Shown: positions 35,599-45,248 of the stretch, in pieces
Numbering within the stretch: position 1 is the stretch's first letter
How the letters are laid out: each line of letters starts with the position of its first letter
Assembly: GCA_022796015.1 (NCBI GenBank)
Contig: JAAWHU010000007.1
Location: forward strand, 5,562 to 69,561
Direction: 5' to 3'
Source: Hungatella sp.
GTDB taxonomy: Bacteria > Bacillota > Clostridia > Lachnospirales > Lachnospiraceae
Length of the DNA: 64,000 nt
Notes under the pieces: model-generated
The model's input: only the letters and a program-made list of their open reading frames with translations
Database searches by the model: none
Told to the model about the DNA's origin: nothing
Translations under genes and position numbers: made by a program

Positions 35599-36668
35599 TC
35601 AGAGGAAGAGCCCCTTTAAGAATCAGCTTTGGCGGCGGCGGAACGGATGTGGCCCCCTTCTGTGAGGAGCAGGGCGGGGCGATTATAGGAAGCACCATCA
35701 ACAAGTATGCATATTGCTCCATTGTACCTAGAACGGACGATCAGATCATTGTCCATTCCCTGGACTTTGATATGACCGTCAAATACAATGCAAAAGAGAA
35801 CTATGTCTATGATGGACGGCTGGATCTGGTGACGGCGGCTTTGAACGCCATGAAGATCCGCCAGGGCTGTGAGGTGTATCTCCAGTGTGATGCGCCTCCC
35901 GGCTCCGGCCTGGGGACTTCGTCTACAGTCATGGTGGCCCTTCTCAGCGCCATGGCCCGCTGGAAAGGGGAAGAGCTTGACGGATACGCCATGGCGGATC
36001 TGGCTTACCAGGTGGAGAGAGAGGATTTGAAGATCGATGGGGGCTACCAGGATCAGTATGCCTCCACCTTCGGCGGTTTTAATTTTATCGAGTTCCATGG
36101 AAGGAACAATGTGGTGGTAAATCCCTTAAGGATAAAAAAGGATATTATCCATGAACTGCAGTACAATCTTCTTTTGTGTTATACGGGCAAGATTCATGTG
36201 TCCGCCAATATTATAAAAGATCAGGTAAACAATTACAAGAAAAAGGATCCCTTTGAGGCTATGTGCGAAGTGAAAGCCTTAGCCTACGCCATGAAGGACG
36301 AGCTTCTTAAAGGCAATCTCCACAGCTTCGGCAGGCTTCTGGATTATGGCTGGCAGAGCAAAAAGAGGATGAGCAGCAAGATCACCAATCCCCAGATCGA
36401 TGAACTGTATGAGGAGGCCATAAAGGCCGGAGCCTTGGGCGGCAAGCTTCTGGGGGCAGGAGGCGGAGGCTACCTTCTGGTGTACTGCCCCTACAATGTG
36501 AGACATAAGGTGGCGGCCCGCATGGAGGCAGCCGGGGGCCAGCTGGCAGACTGGAATTTTGAACTGCGGGGAGCCCAGGCGTGGACTGCGGACAAGAACC
36601 GCTGGGCCTATGACACCGTGAAGGTTCAGATGCCGGCGGGGGAATATGAATTCCGACTGCAGGGTTAG
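35592..36668 (+). CDS. hddA: D-glycero-alpha-D-manno-heptose-7-phosphate kinase (GHMP kinase).
   Basis: GHMP motif PPGSGLGTSST and a RAPLRISFGGGGTD N-terminus. It overlaps hddC by 7 nt. Confidence 0.75.
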   Translation: MVIRGRAPLRISFGGGGTDVAPFCEEQGGAIIGSTINKYAYCSIVPRTDDQIIVHSLDFDMTVKYNAKENYVYDGRLDLVTAALNAMKIRQGCEVYLQCDAPPGSGLGTSSTVMVALLSAMARWKGEELDGYAMADLAYQVEREDLKIDGGYQDQYASTFGGFNFIEFHGRNNVVVNPLRIKKDIIHELQYNLLLCYTGKIHVSANIIKDQVNNYKKKDPFEAMCEVKALAYAMKDELLKGNLHSFGRLLDYGWQSKKRMSSKITNPQIDELYEEAIKAGALGGKLLGAGGGGYLLVYCPYNVRHKVAARMEAAGGQLADWNFELRGAQAWTADKNRWAYDTVKVQMPAGEYEFRLQG

Positions 36669-36671
36669 ACT

Positions 36672-37259
36672 ATGGACAGAGTAATATTTTTAGACAGAGA
36701 CGGAACCATCAACAAGGAGATCAGCTATTTGTACCGCCCGGAGGAGCTGGTGATTCTGCCGGGGGCGGCAGAAGGCATTGCCCTTCTGCGCAGAGAGGGC
36801 TACAGGATTGTGGTGGTGACCAATCAGGCAGGAATCGCCAGAGGCTACTATACCCCGGATCAAATGCACATGCTTCATCAGTATCTCAATGAACAGTTAA
36901 AACAGGATGGAGCCTGGATCGATGAATTCTACTACTGCCCTCATCACCCGGTTTACGGCCTTGGGGAATATAAGAAGGCATGCAGCTGCAGAAAGCCCGG
37001 GACCGGCATGCTTGAGATGGCGGGCCGGCGGTATCATATTGACAAACAAGGTTCCTATATAATAGGAGACAAGAGAATTGATGTCCAGGCGGGACACAAC
37101 TTCGGGATCCGGGGGATCCTGGTAGGTACCGGTTACGGCCCCCGGGAAATGAGGGAGGCCATGGAGGCGGGAGAGGAGCCATTTTATGATTTTTACGCGG
37201 AAACTCTTATGGACGCAGCAGAATTTATTGTCAGGGAAGGAAAAAACAGAGATGAATGA
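36672..37259 (+). CDS. gmhB: D,D-heptose 1,7-bisphosphate phosphatase (HAD family).
   Basis: FLDRDGTIN HAD motif I and a zinc-binding CPHHP...C motif typical of GmhB. Confidence 0.8.
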   Translation: MDRVIFLDRDGTINKEISYLYRPEELVILPGAAEGIALLRREGYRIVVVTNQAGIARGYYTPDQMHMLHQYLNEQLKQDGAWIDEFYYCPHHPVYGLGEYKKACSCRKPGTGMLEMAGRRYHIDKQGSYIIGDKRIDVQAGHNFGIRGILVGTGYGPREMREAMEAGEEPFYDFYAETLMDAAEFIVREGKNRDE

Positions 37260-37887
37260 AATGCGTTATCTGGATGAGCTCATAGAAAGATACCCGGTGC
37301 TGGAGCCGGTCAGAGGTTCTGTGGAGGAGGCATATGAGATCCTGCGGCAGTGCTTTGCCTTGGGACATAAGCTTCTGGCAGCAGGCAACGGAGGCAGCGC
37401 GGCAGATTCGGAGCATATTGTGGGAGAGCTGATGAAAGGGTTTGTAAAGCGCCGCCAGATGCCTGAGGATATGGCTCAGAGGCTTATAGACATGGATCCG
37501 GAGGCAGGCGGGAAGCTTGCCCAAAGTCTTCAGGGAGCCCTTCCGGCCATGGCTCTCTCCGGTCATCCGGCCCTTTCCACGGCGTTTTTAAACGATGTGG
37601 ATGGGGAGCTTGCCTATGCCCAGCAGGTGTGGGGCTATGGTCAGGAGGGAGATGTGTTTTTGGGAATTTCCACCTCCGGCAATGCGGCCAACATCTACTA
37701 CGCCCTGGTGGCGGCCAAGGCAAAAGGCATGAAGGTAATCGGCCTGACAGGAAGGGACGGAGGCAGGCTGGCAGAACATGCAGATGCGGCGGTGATCGTT
37801 CCGGAGGAGGAGACATTTAAGATTCAGGAGCTTCATCTGCCTATTTATCACGGGCTGTGCCTCATGTTGGAGGAATACTTTTTTTAA
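37252..37887 (+). CDS. gmhA: Phosphoheptose (sedoheptulose-7-phosphate) isomerase, SIS domain.
   Basis: SIS-domain motifs (AAGNGGSAADSEH, ISTSGN). The start MNEMRYL overlaps the gmhB stop. Confidence 0.8.
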   Translation: MNEMRYLDELIERYPVLEPVRGSVEEAYEILRQCFALGHKLLAAGNGGSAADSEHIVGELMKGFVKRRQMPEDMAQRLIDMDPEAGGKLAQSLQGALPAMALSGHPALSTAFLNDVDGELAYAQQVWGYGQEGDVFLGISTSGNAANIYYALVAAKAKGMKVIGLTGRDGGRLAEHADAAVIVPEEETFKIQELHLPIYHGLCLMLEEYFF

Positions 37888-37905
37888 CAGAAAGGGAAGG
37901 TAGAT

Positions 37906-38688
37906 ATGGGATTTCACACATTTGCCATCTGTGCCTACGGACAGTCCCCCTACTTAGAGGCCTGCATCCGGTCCTTAAAAGCCCAGACCGCGCCTACGGA
38001 GATTATCTGTGTCACGTCCACCCCCAGTCCATGGCTTGAAGAGCTTATGAAAAGTCAGAACATTCCCATGTATGTCAGGGAGGGGGAGAAGGGAATCGGC
38101 CGTGACTGGAATTTTGCCCTTAAGAAGGCGGAGGGAAGATTTGTGACCCTGGCTCATCAGGATGATCTATACAGCCGGCATTACGTGGAGGAGCTTACCC
38201 GGTCCTATGAGCGATGGCCGGACATGGCGGTGTTTATGAGCGATGGGGTCTTGATCCGGCACGGAAGGCTTACCTGGGGCGGCAGGATAGAGGCGGTGAA
38301 GAAAGTTCTCCGCCTGCCTTGGAGGGTGAAGGCACTGTGTCACATAAAAGCGGTAAAGTCGGCAGGCCTTATATTGGGCAACCCGGTGATGTGTCCTTCC
38401 TGCAGCTACAGAAAAGATCAGTTGAAGCTGCCCCTTTTTTCCCATGAATATGATTTTGTTCTGGACTGGGACTGCATGAGGCGTCTGGCGCGGAAGAAAG
38501 GGCGGTTTATCTGCGTGGAAAAGCCTCTTTTGTATTACCGGATTCATGATGGTGCGGCAACCAAAGCCTGCATCCTGGATCACAGAAGAGAACGGGAAGA
38601 GAGGCAGATGTTTGAGGAGATCTGGCCCGGGAGGCTGTCCAGGCTTTTGATGAAGGCCTATGGCCTGGCCGGCAAACATTACGATTAA
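37906..38688 (+). CDS. Family-2 glycosyltransferase.
   Basis: GT-A fold N-terminus FAICAYGQSPYLEACIRSL and a DD motif. RBS is AGGGAAGG. Confidence 0.7.
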   Translation: MGFHTFAICAYGQSPYLEACIRSLKAQTAPTEIICVTSTPSPWLEELMKSQNIPMYVREGEKGIGRDWNFALKKAEGRFVTLAHQDDLYSRHYVEELTRSYERWPDMAVFMSDGVLIRHGRLTWGGRIEAVKKVLRLPWRVKALCHIKAVKSAGLILGNPVMCPSCSYRKDQLKLPLFSHEYDFVLDWDCMRRLARKKGRFICVEKPLLYYRIHDGAATKACILDHRREREERQMFEEIWPGRLSRLLMKAYGLAGKHYD

Positions 38689-38717
38689 AAAGAGATAACC
38701 TGGAGGAAGTAACAGAT

Positions 38718-40571
38718 ATGGAGAAAAAAACTGCGGGCTTGTGGCAGTATCGATGGAAGGACGAGGTGATTACCGCCGGATTGCTGCTGGCGTTTGCATT
38801 TTTTATCAATGCAGGGATTGAGATTAAGGGACTGTTTATGGATGATCTGTATTTGTGGTCCTGCTATGGGGAGCAGAGCTTTCGGGAATTTGTGTTCCCC
38901 CTTGGGAGTACCAGGTTCCGTTTTCTCTATTATCTGGCAGCCTATGTGGAGTTGGGCCTTGTGGGGAATCACATATCCTGGTTTGTGCCCATCAATGTGA
39001 TTCTTAACGGGCTTGTGGCCTACACGGTGTGCCGGTTTGGCCGGAGGCTGTCAGGCAACCGGCTTATGGGGCTTCTCTGCGGATTTTTGTATCTGCTCTC
39101 CAGAATGTCTTATTACCAGATCGCCCAGGTCTACGGACTTATGGAAACCATGGCTCTCTGGAGTGCCATAGGCATTCTCTGGTGTCTGTACGAGTATCTC
39201 AACGAGCCGGGGCGGGATGGGTATTTTTTGGGGGCCTGCGGTCTTTATTTTGCCGTGTGCTTTATTCATGAGAGATATATGGCTTTGCTGCCTCTTTTTT
39301 ATGGGGTACTTTTCATGAAAAGATCCAGAAAGTCCAAAAACTGGGCGCTGTCTCTGGCGCTTTTCGGTCTGGTGCAGCTGATCCGCCTGGTCACCATAGG
39401 CACCGTATCGCCGGCAGGAACAGGGGGAACACAGGTAAGCGAGACCTTAAAGCTGAGCCAAGTTATAACCTATATGCTTCATCAGGTTCTTTATCTTTTT
39501 GGAATCAACATGGGAGAGGGACATTTAAGCGGCCTTGCCTGGCATGAGTCCTCCAGGATTGTGAAGGTTCTGATTGTCGGGGCGGATATGGTGATTTTGG
39601 GACTTCTTACAGGCTTTGTTGTAAGGGTGGTACGCAATAAATGGGAGCGAAGGATCATCTTAAAGAACTGCCTGTTGTTTTTTATGTTCCTAGGCGCCTG
39701 CATCCTGTGTTCCAGCGTTACCATTCGCCTGGAAGTGCGATGGGTCTATGTATCCATGACGGCGGCATGGCTGTGGCTTTCCTATATGTGCGGCGTAATT
39801 GCCAGGCCCCTTGCAAAAAAGAAGGAGGAGGCGGTGCGGCGTCTTCCTGATTACAAGAGGGCGGTTATCTGCACCATACTGTTTCTTGTCTATGGGCTCC
39901 TCATGATTCCTGTGGAAAGCTATTACCGGAGTAAGTATCCCAATCTCTATTTTTGGAACACCCAGAAGCAGTACAATTCTTTGGCAGAACAGACCTATGA
40001 AAAATATGGCGACGAGATTTTCGGAAAAAAAATATATATCCTGAAAAATAATTATCAGGTAAGCGATTTTTATGCGGATACCTTTTTTAAGACCTTTGAT
40101 AAAAACAGGAAGGCAGAGGGAACCCAGGTTATTTTCGTGGACAGTATTCGAGATTTCGGCCAGGTGGCCAACAACATGCTGATCCTTCGTGAAGACCCTG
40201 CCTTCCACGCCTATCAGGATATTACAGAGGCGGTCAGAGGGTTAAAATGCGAATCTGTGTACGGCTATTATAAGGACAGCTGGATGGATGAGAGCGCCAA
40301 AATCCGTGTGATGTCAGGGGAGAGCGGGATGATCCATCTTCAACTGATGTACCCGGGGGTCATGAAGGGTCATGAGGAATCCCGGATCTATGTAGATGGA
40401 CAGCTGGCCGAGACCGTGAAGATTGTGGAAAATATTACCCACATCCAGCTGAACACAAAACCTTATGACATTGTGGAGCTGGACTTTGAGAATAATTTTT
40501 ATCTGGAAGGGGCTCAGGAACAGAGAGGGGAAAAACGGTTTTCCATGATGGTGCAGATTACGGCGGACTGA
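38718..40571 (+). CDS. Large polytopic membrane protein of 617 aa. It may be a GT-C-fold glycosyltransferase or polymerase of unknown family.
   Basis: At least 10 TM helices in the first 380 aa, followed by a roughly 230-aa C-terminal soluble domain. RBS is GGAGGA. Confidence 0.55.
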   Translation: MEKKTAGLWQYRWKDEVITAGLLLAFAFFINAGIEIKGLFMDDLYLWSCYGEQSFREFVFPLGSTRFRFLYYLAAYVELGLVGNHISWFVPINVILNGLVAYTVCRFGRRLSGNRLMGLLCGFLYLLSRMSYYQIAQVYGLMETMALWSAIGILWCLYEYLNEPGRDGYFLGACGLYFAVCFIHERYMALLPLFYGVLFMKRSRKSKNWALSLALFGLVQLIRLVTIGTVSPAGTGGTQVSETLKLSQVITYMLHQVLYLFGINMGEGHLSGLAWHESSRIVKVLIVGADMVILGLLTGFVVRVVRNKWERRIILKNCLLFFMFLGACILCSSVTIRLEVRWVYVSMTAAWLWLSYMCGVIARPLAKKKEEAVRRLPDYKRAVICTILFLVYGLLMIPVESYYRSKYPNLYFWNTQKQYNSLAEQTYEKYGDEIFGKKIYILKNNYQVSDFYADTFFKTFDKNRKAEGTQVIFVDSIRDFGQVANNMLILREDPAFHAYQDITEAVRGLKCESVYGYYKDSWMDESAKIRVMSGESGMIHLQLMYPGVMKGHEESRIYVDGQLAETVKIVENITHIQLNTKPYDIVELDFENNFYLEGAQEQRGEKRFSMMVQITAD

Positions 40572-40581
40572 GGAGACATCT

Positions 40582-41973
40582 ATGAAAAACAGAATATGGT
40601 ATTATCTTTTCCCTATTGTGGGGATGATATTTGGTGTGTGGTATCTGAAGGCCTCTTTTGTGGACGTGGTCTATTCGGATTATATCCGCCTTGTGAACAG
40701 CTATCTTCCAGACGTGTGGAATCCTGATAAATTCTTTGTAGGCGATGTGCTTACCCGGATTCCCCTCAATTACATTGGAAGAATCATCAATGTGACTTTT
40801 TTTGATTACCGCATTCGGTTTGATCAGGCCTTGGGAATTCTTTCCATGGGCCTGGCTGCAATGCTTATAGCGTCCTACTGTATCAAAAGGAACATCGGGG
40901 GCCTGTGGTTTCTCTGCCTTATGGGGGTAATGTTCAGCCTAAACAAGTGGGAGATGATGGTAAATGCCAGCGGCTGGATTCATTTTTTTGCCTTTGCCGG
41001 ATTTTATTATCATTATCTTGTGTTGGAACGGTACTGGACTCACAGAGAAAAGAAGGGGGACCATATAAGGCTGTTAGTCCTTCCCTGGCTTTTAACCCTG
41101 GGAGCGGCAGGGCCATACTGTGCCATCTACACCGTAGTTCTCGTGGCGGCCTACGGCTTTGGGACTCTCCTTGTGCGGCTGAAGGAGAAGCGATGGGAGA
41201 ACAGGAATCTGGTCTACATGATCTCCTCGGTTATCCCTCTCTTCCTTTACATGTGGAGCAATTCCTATGTGACAGAGGGGCCGGGAGGAGTGGTGGGAGT
41301 GTCTTTCCTGGAGCAGCTTTTGGATACCCCGGGTTATATGGTAAGATTCTTTATAAAATCCTTTGCATCCATGGCGATAGGAATCGAATGCGCCCATGCC
41401 AGATTCAGCACCAACATGCCTTATCTGGTTCTGGGAATCATCATTATGGGCGGGTATCTTATGGCCCTGTGGCTTCAATACCGGTACAAGTTGTATGAGA
41501 AAACCATATTTCCCCTGATTCTCATAGGGGCGGGAGGGCTGAACCATTTGCTGATCCTGTATTCCAGATGGGTCTATCTGGATGAGGACTACGGCATGGC
41601 CTCCAGGTATGCCCTTCAGTTTCAGATAGGGATTCTGGGAATGATTCTCACCTTTGCCCTTGTAAGACAGATGATCAGGGAGAAGAAGGAGAAGAGCGGA
41701 AAAAACGTTGTCCTTCAGATCTTAATGGCCTCTGTCATGGCGGTGATTCTGGCAGGCAACGCCTACACCACAAGGGAGGAGATCAGAAAGGCGCCGGCCA
41801 GAAAATACGCCTGTTCCATAAGGGCGGAGATAGCCCGGGATTTTGAGAACAGGAGCGATGAAGAGCTTCAGAACAATTTTGAATATCAGACAGGAAGCAT
41901 TGAGGGAGGTCAGAAGGTACGGCGGGCCCTTGAGATACTCAAAGAGAACAAGTGGAATGTTTTCCGCGAATAG
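40582..41973 (+). CDS. Polytopic membrane protein of 463 aa. It may be a glycan polymerase or GT-C-like protein of unknown family.
   Basis: Multiple TM helices, then a C-terminal soluble tail of about 100 aa. RBS is GAGGAG. Confidence 0.55.
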   Translation: MKNRIWYYLFPIVGMIFGVWYLKASFVDVVYSDYIRLVNSYLPDVWNPDKFFVGDVLTRIPLNYIGRIINVTFFDYRIRFDQALGILSMGLAAMLIASYCIKRNIGGLWFLCLMGVMFSLNKWEMMVNASGWIHFFAFAGFYYHYLVLERYWTHREKKGDHIRLLVLPWLLTLGAAGPYCAIYTVVLVAAYGFGTLLVRLKEKRWENRNLVYMISSVIPLFLYMWSNSYVTEGPGGVVGVSFLEQLLDTPGYMVRFFIKSFASMAIGIECAHARFSTNMPYLVLGIIIMGGYLMALWLQYRYKLYEKTIFPLILIGAGGLNHLLILYSRWVYLDEDYGMASRYALQFQIGILGMILTFALVRQMIREKKEKSGKNVVLQILMASVMAVILAGNAYTTREEIRKAPARKYACSIRAEIARDFENRSDEELQNNFEYQTGSIEGGQKVRRALEILKENKWNVFRE

Positions 41974-41991
41974 AGGAAGGGAGATCAGACT

Positions 41992-42768
41992 ATGAAAGTA
42001 GTACTTTTGGCAGGAGGCTTTGGCACCAGGATCAGCGAACAGAGCCATTTGAAACCAAAACCAATGATTGAGATCGGAGAAAAGCCGATTCTGTGGCATA
42101 TTATGAAATATTATTCCGAATACGGATTTCATGACTTTGTCATCTGCCTGGGGTACAAGCAGTATGTGGTCAAAGAATTTTTCGCAGACTATTTCCTTCA
42201 TACATCCGATGTGACCTTTGATCTGGCCAACAATCAGATGGAGGTTCACAATAATTATTCTGAGCCCTGGAAGGTTACGCTGGTGGATACGGGACTGAAC
42301 ACCATGACCGGAGGAAGAATCCGAAGAATCCGTCCCTACATCGGGGACGAGGCTTTTATGCTGACTTACGGGGACGGCGTGTGTGATGTGGATCTTAAAG
42401 AACTTCTGGATTTTCATAAAAATCACGGAAGGACGGCCACCATAACCACGGTTAATATCGCGCAGATGAAGGGAATCCTGGATATTGGTCCTGACCACAG
42501 AATCCACTCTTTCCGGGAGAAGAAAGAGACGGATGCCAGCCTGATCAACGGCGGGTTCATGGTGCTGGAGCCAAGGATCTTTGATTATCTGGAGGACGAT
42601 TCCACGGTGTTTGAACAGGAGCCTCTTCAAAGGCTGGCTGCCGAGGGGGAGCTTATGGGGTATCATCACAGCGGATTCTGGCAGTGCATGGACACCCAGC
42701 GGGAAATGAAAAAATTGGAAGACCTGTGGCAGAGCGGGAGAGCCCCGTGGAAAATATGGAAGAATTAG
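41992..42768 (+). CDS. rfbF: Glucose-1-phosphate cytidylyltransferase.
   Basis: LLAGGFGTRISEQSHLKPKPMIEIGEKPILWHIMK closely follows the RfbF/DdhA pattern. Confidence 0.9.
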   Translation: MKVVLLAGGFGTRISEQSHLKPKPMIEIGEKPILWHIMKYYSEYGFHDFVICLGYKQYVVKEFFADYFLHTSDVTFDLANNQMEVHNNYSEPWKVTLVDTGLNTMTGGRIRRIRPYIGDEAFMLTYGDGVCDVDLKELLDFHKNHGRTATITTVNIAQMKGILDIGPDHRIHSFREKKETDASLINGGFMVLEPRIFDYLEDDSTVFEQEPLQRLAAEGELMGYHHSGFWQCMDTQREMKKLEDLWQSGRAPWKIWKN

Positions 42769-42780
42769 GAGGCAGGGCAT

Positions 42781-43851
42781 ATGGCTCATACTTGGGATAC
42801 ATTTTGCGCTTTTTACAAAGGAAAGAGAGTCCTGGTTACAGGGCATACGGGATTTAAGGGCTCTTGGCTTTGCAGAATCCTGACAGACATGGGGGCACAG
42901 GTGACCGGGTATGCCAAGGAGCCTCCTACAGACCCCAACCTTTTTTACGCGGCGAATATTCATGAGGCCATGGACAGCGTCATAGGCGATATCAGGGATT
43001 TGGAGCATTTGAGACAGGTATTTGAACGTGTCCGGCCGGAGCTGGTGTTTCATCTGGCGGCTCAGCCCATTGTCAGGGATTCCTATAAAGACCCGGTCTG
43101 CACATATGAGACCAATGTCATGGGGACCGTGTATCTTCTTGAATGCGTCCGACACACGGACTCGGTGCGTTCCTGCCTCAATGTGACGACGGATAAGGTC
43201 TATGACAACAAGGAATGGGAGTATGGATACAGGGAGTGTGATCCCTTAGATGGCTATGATCCCTATTCCAACAGTAAGTCCTGCTCCGAGCTGGTGACCC
43301 ACAGCTATATAAAGTCCTTCTTTGACAGGGAACAATGCAGGGTATCTACCGCCAGAGCCGGCAATGTAATCGGCGGCGGGGATTTTGCCAATGACAGAAT
43401 TATTCCGGACTGCATCCGGGCGGCAGCAGCGGGGAAGGAGATCATCGTGCGCAACCCCTATTCTGTCAGACCCTACCAGCATGTACTGGAACCGCTGTAT
43501 GTGTATCTGACCATAGCCATGAAGCAGTATGAGGATCTCTTCTTCAGCGGATGCTACAATGTAGGGCCCAACGATAAGGACTGCGTCAGCACAGGCGTGC
43601 TTGCGGATCTGTTCTGTAAGGCATGGGGGCAGGACTGCCGCTGGTCCAACCGTTATGACGGCGGCCCTCATGAGGCGTCCTTTTTAAAGCTGGACTGTTC
43701 CAGGATCAAAAAGGTGTTTGGATGGCGTCCCCGCATGGATGTGGGGCAGGCGGTGGAATGGACTGTGGAGTGGACCAAGGCTTATCTTGCAGGGGAAGAG
43801 ATGGGGGAGGTTATGGATAGGCAGATCAGGGTGTTTTTTGAGGGAGTGTGA
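42781..43851 (+). CDS. rfbG: CDP-glucose 4,6-dehydratase.
   Basis: Extended SDR fold with VLVTGHTGFKGSWL and YxxxK; 356 aa. Confidence 0.9.
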   Translation: MAHTWDTFCAFYKGKRVLVTGHTGFKGSWLCRILTDMGAQVTGYAKEPPTDPNLFYAANIHEAMDSVIGDIRDLEHLRQVFERVRPELVFHLAAQPIVRDSYKDPVCTYETNVMGTVYLLECVRHTDSVRSCLNVTTDKVYDNKEWEYGYRECDPLDGYDPYSNSKSCSELVTHSYIKSFFDREQCRVSTARAGNVIGGGDFANDRIIPDCIRAAAAGKEIIVRNPYSVRPYQHVLEPLYVYLTIAMKQYEDLFFSGCYNVGPNDKDCVSTGVLADLFCKAWGQDCRWSNRYDGGPHEASFLKLDCSRIKKVFGWRPRMDVGQAVEWTVEWTKAYLAGEEMGEVMDRQIRVFFEGV

Positions 43852-43907
43852 CAAGGCAAATGTGGGAAAGCAGGAGAGAAATAAGAGAAAGGATTGAATA
43901 AGACGGC

Positions 43908-45248
43908 ATGTTTGATGGGAAGACGGAAATAGAGGCCAGGCAGGAAATTTTGGAGCTGGTGGGAGAGTACTGCAGGGAATTTCATAAAGGGAAGGCTTAT
44001 GAGGAGGGAGATCGGATCCCTTATGCCTCCAGGGTTTATGATGAGCGGGAGATGGTGAATCTGGTGGACAGCGCCCTGGAGTTCTGGCTGACCTCGGGGC
44101 GGTATACGGAGGAGTTTGAGAGAAAGCTTGGGGAGTATCTGGGAGTCCGGTACTGTTCTCTGGTGAATTCCGGCTCTTCGGCTAATCTGGCGGCATTTAT
44201 GGCTCTCACCTCGCCTCTTTTGGGGGAGCGCCAGGTGAAACGGGGGGATGAGGTGATTACGGTGGCAGCCGGGTTCCCTACTACGGTGACGCCTATGATT
44301 CAGTATGGTGCGGTTCCTGTGTTTGTGGATGTGACCATCCCTCAGTATAATATTGATACGGATATGCTTGAGAAGGCGTATTCCAAAAGGACCAAGGCGG
44401 TGATGCTGGCCCACACCCTGGGCAATCCTTTTGATTTGGGGAAGGTGAAGGAGTTTTGCAACACCTATAATCTGTGGTTAATCGAGGATAACTGCGACGC
44501 TCTGGGAACCAGGTATACCATTGAGGGGGAGGAGAAGTTTTCGGGCACTATAGGAGATATAGGCACCTCCAGCTTTTATCCGCCTCATCATATGACTATG
44601 GGGGAGGGAGGGGCAGTCTATACGAACAATCCTCTTCTTCACAGGATTATCCGCTCCTTCAGGGACTGGGGCCGTGACTGTGTCTGCCCTTCAGGCCGTG
44701 ACAATCTGTGCGGGCACCGGTTTGATAAGCAGTACGGGGAGCTGCCTCTGGGATATGACCACAAATATGTATATTCTCATTTTGGGTATAATTTGAAGGC
44801 CACGGATATGCAGGCAGCCATAGGCTGTGCCCAGCTGGAGAAATTCCCTTCCTTTGTGGAGCGCAGGCGGCATAATTTTCACAGGCTTTATGAGATGCTT
44901 AAGGGTATGGAGGATCGACTTATTCTGCCGGAGGCGGCTCCGGGTTCAAAACCCAGCTGGTTTGGATTCCTCATTACCTGCCGGGAAGGAGTAGACCGGA
45001 GCAAGGTGGTTCCCTATGTGGAGTCAAAAGGGGTTCAGACCAGGATGCTCTTTGCAGGAAACTTAACAAAGCATCCCTGTTTTGATCAGATGAGAAAAGC
45101 CGGGGAGGGCTATCGGATTGTGGGAAGCCTGGATCATACGGATCGGATTATGAGGGATACCTTCTGGGTGGGAGTGTATCCGGGGATGACCGATGAGATG
45201 ATTGATTATATGGCCAGGGTTATTAGGGAGGCGGTTAATGAAAGATAA
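43908..45248 (+). CDS. rfbH: CDP-6-deoxy-D-xylo-4-hexulose 3-dehydrase (RfbH/DdhC, E1). It is a PMP-dependent DegT-family enzyme.
   Basis: Long stretches match RfbH: SGSSANLAAFMALTSPLLGERQVKRGDEVITVAAGFPTTV and NLWLIEDNCDALGT. Confidence 0.85.
   Translation: MFDGKTEIEARQEILELVGEYCREFHKGKAYEEGDRIPYASRVYDEREMVNLVDSALEFWLTSGRYTEEFERKLGEYLGVRYCSLVNSGSSANLAAFMALTSPLLGERQVKRGDEVITVAAGFPTTVTPMIQYGAVPVFVDVTIPQYNIDTDMLEKAYSKRTKAVMLAHTLGNPFDLGKVKEFCNTYNLWLIEDNCDALGTRYTIEGEEKFSGTIGDIGTSSFYPPHHMTMGEGGAVYTNNPLLHRIIRSFRDWGRDCVCPSGRDNLCGHRFDKQYGELPLGYDHKYVYSHFGYNLKATDMQAAIGCAQLEKFPSFVERRRHNFHRLYEMLKGMEDRLILPEAAPGSKPSWFGFLITCREGVDRSKVVPYVESKGVQTRMLFAGNLTKHPCFDQMRKAGEGYRIVGSLDHTDRIMRDTFWVGVYPGMTDEMIDYMARVIREAVNER

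Noticed and set aside
41722-43155. 477-aa minus-strand ORF spanning the rfbF/rfbG junction.
   Set aside because: It overlaps two strongly supported plus-strand genes, rfbF and rfbG. It has no RBS and its translation shows no domain features. It is a stop-poor antisense frame.
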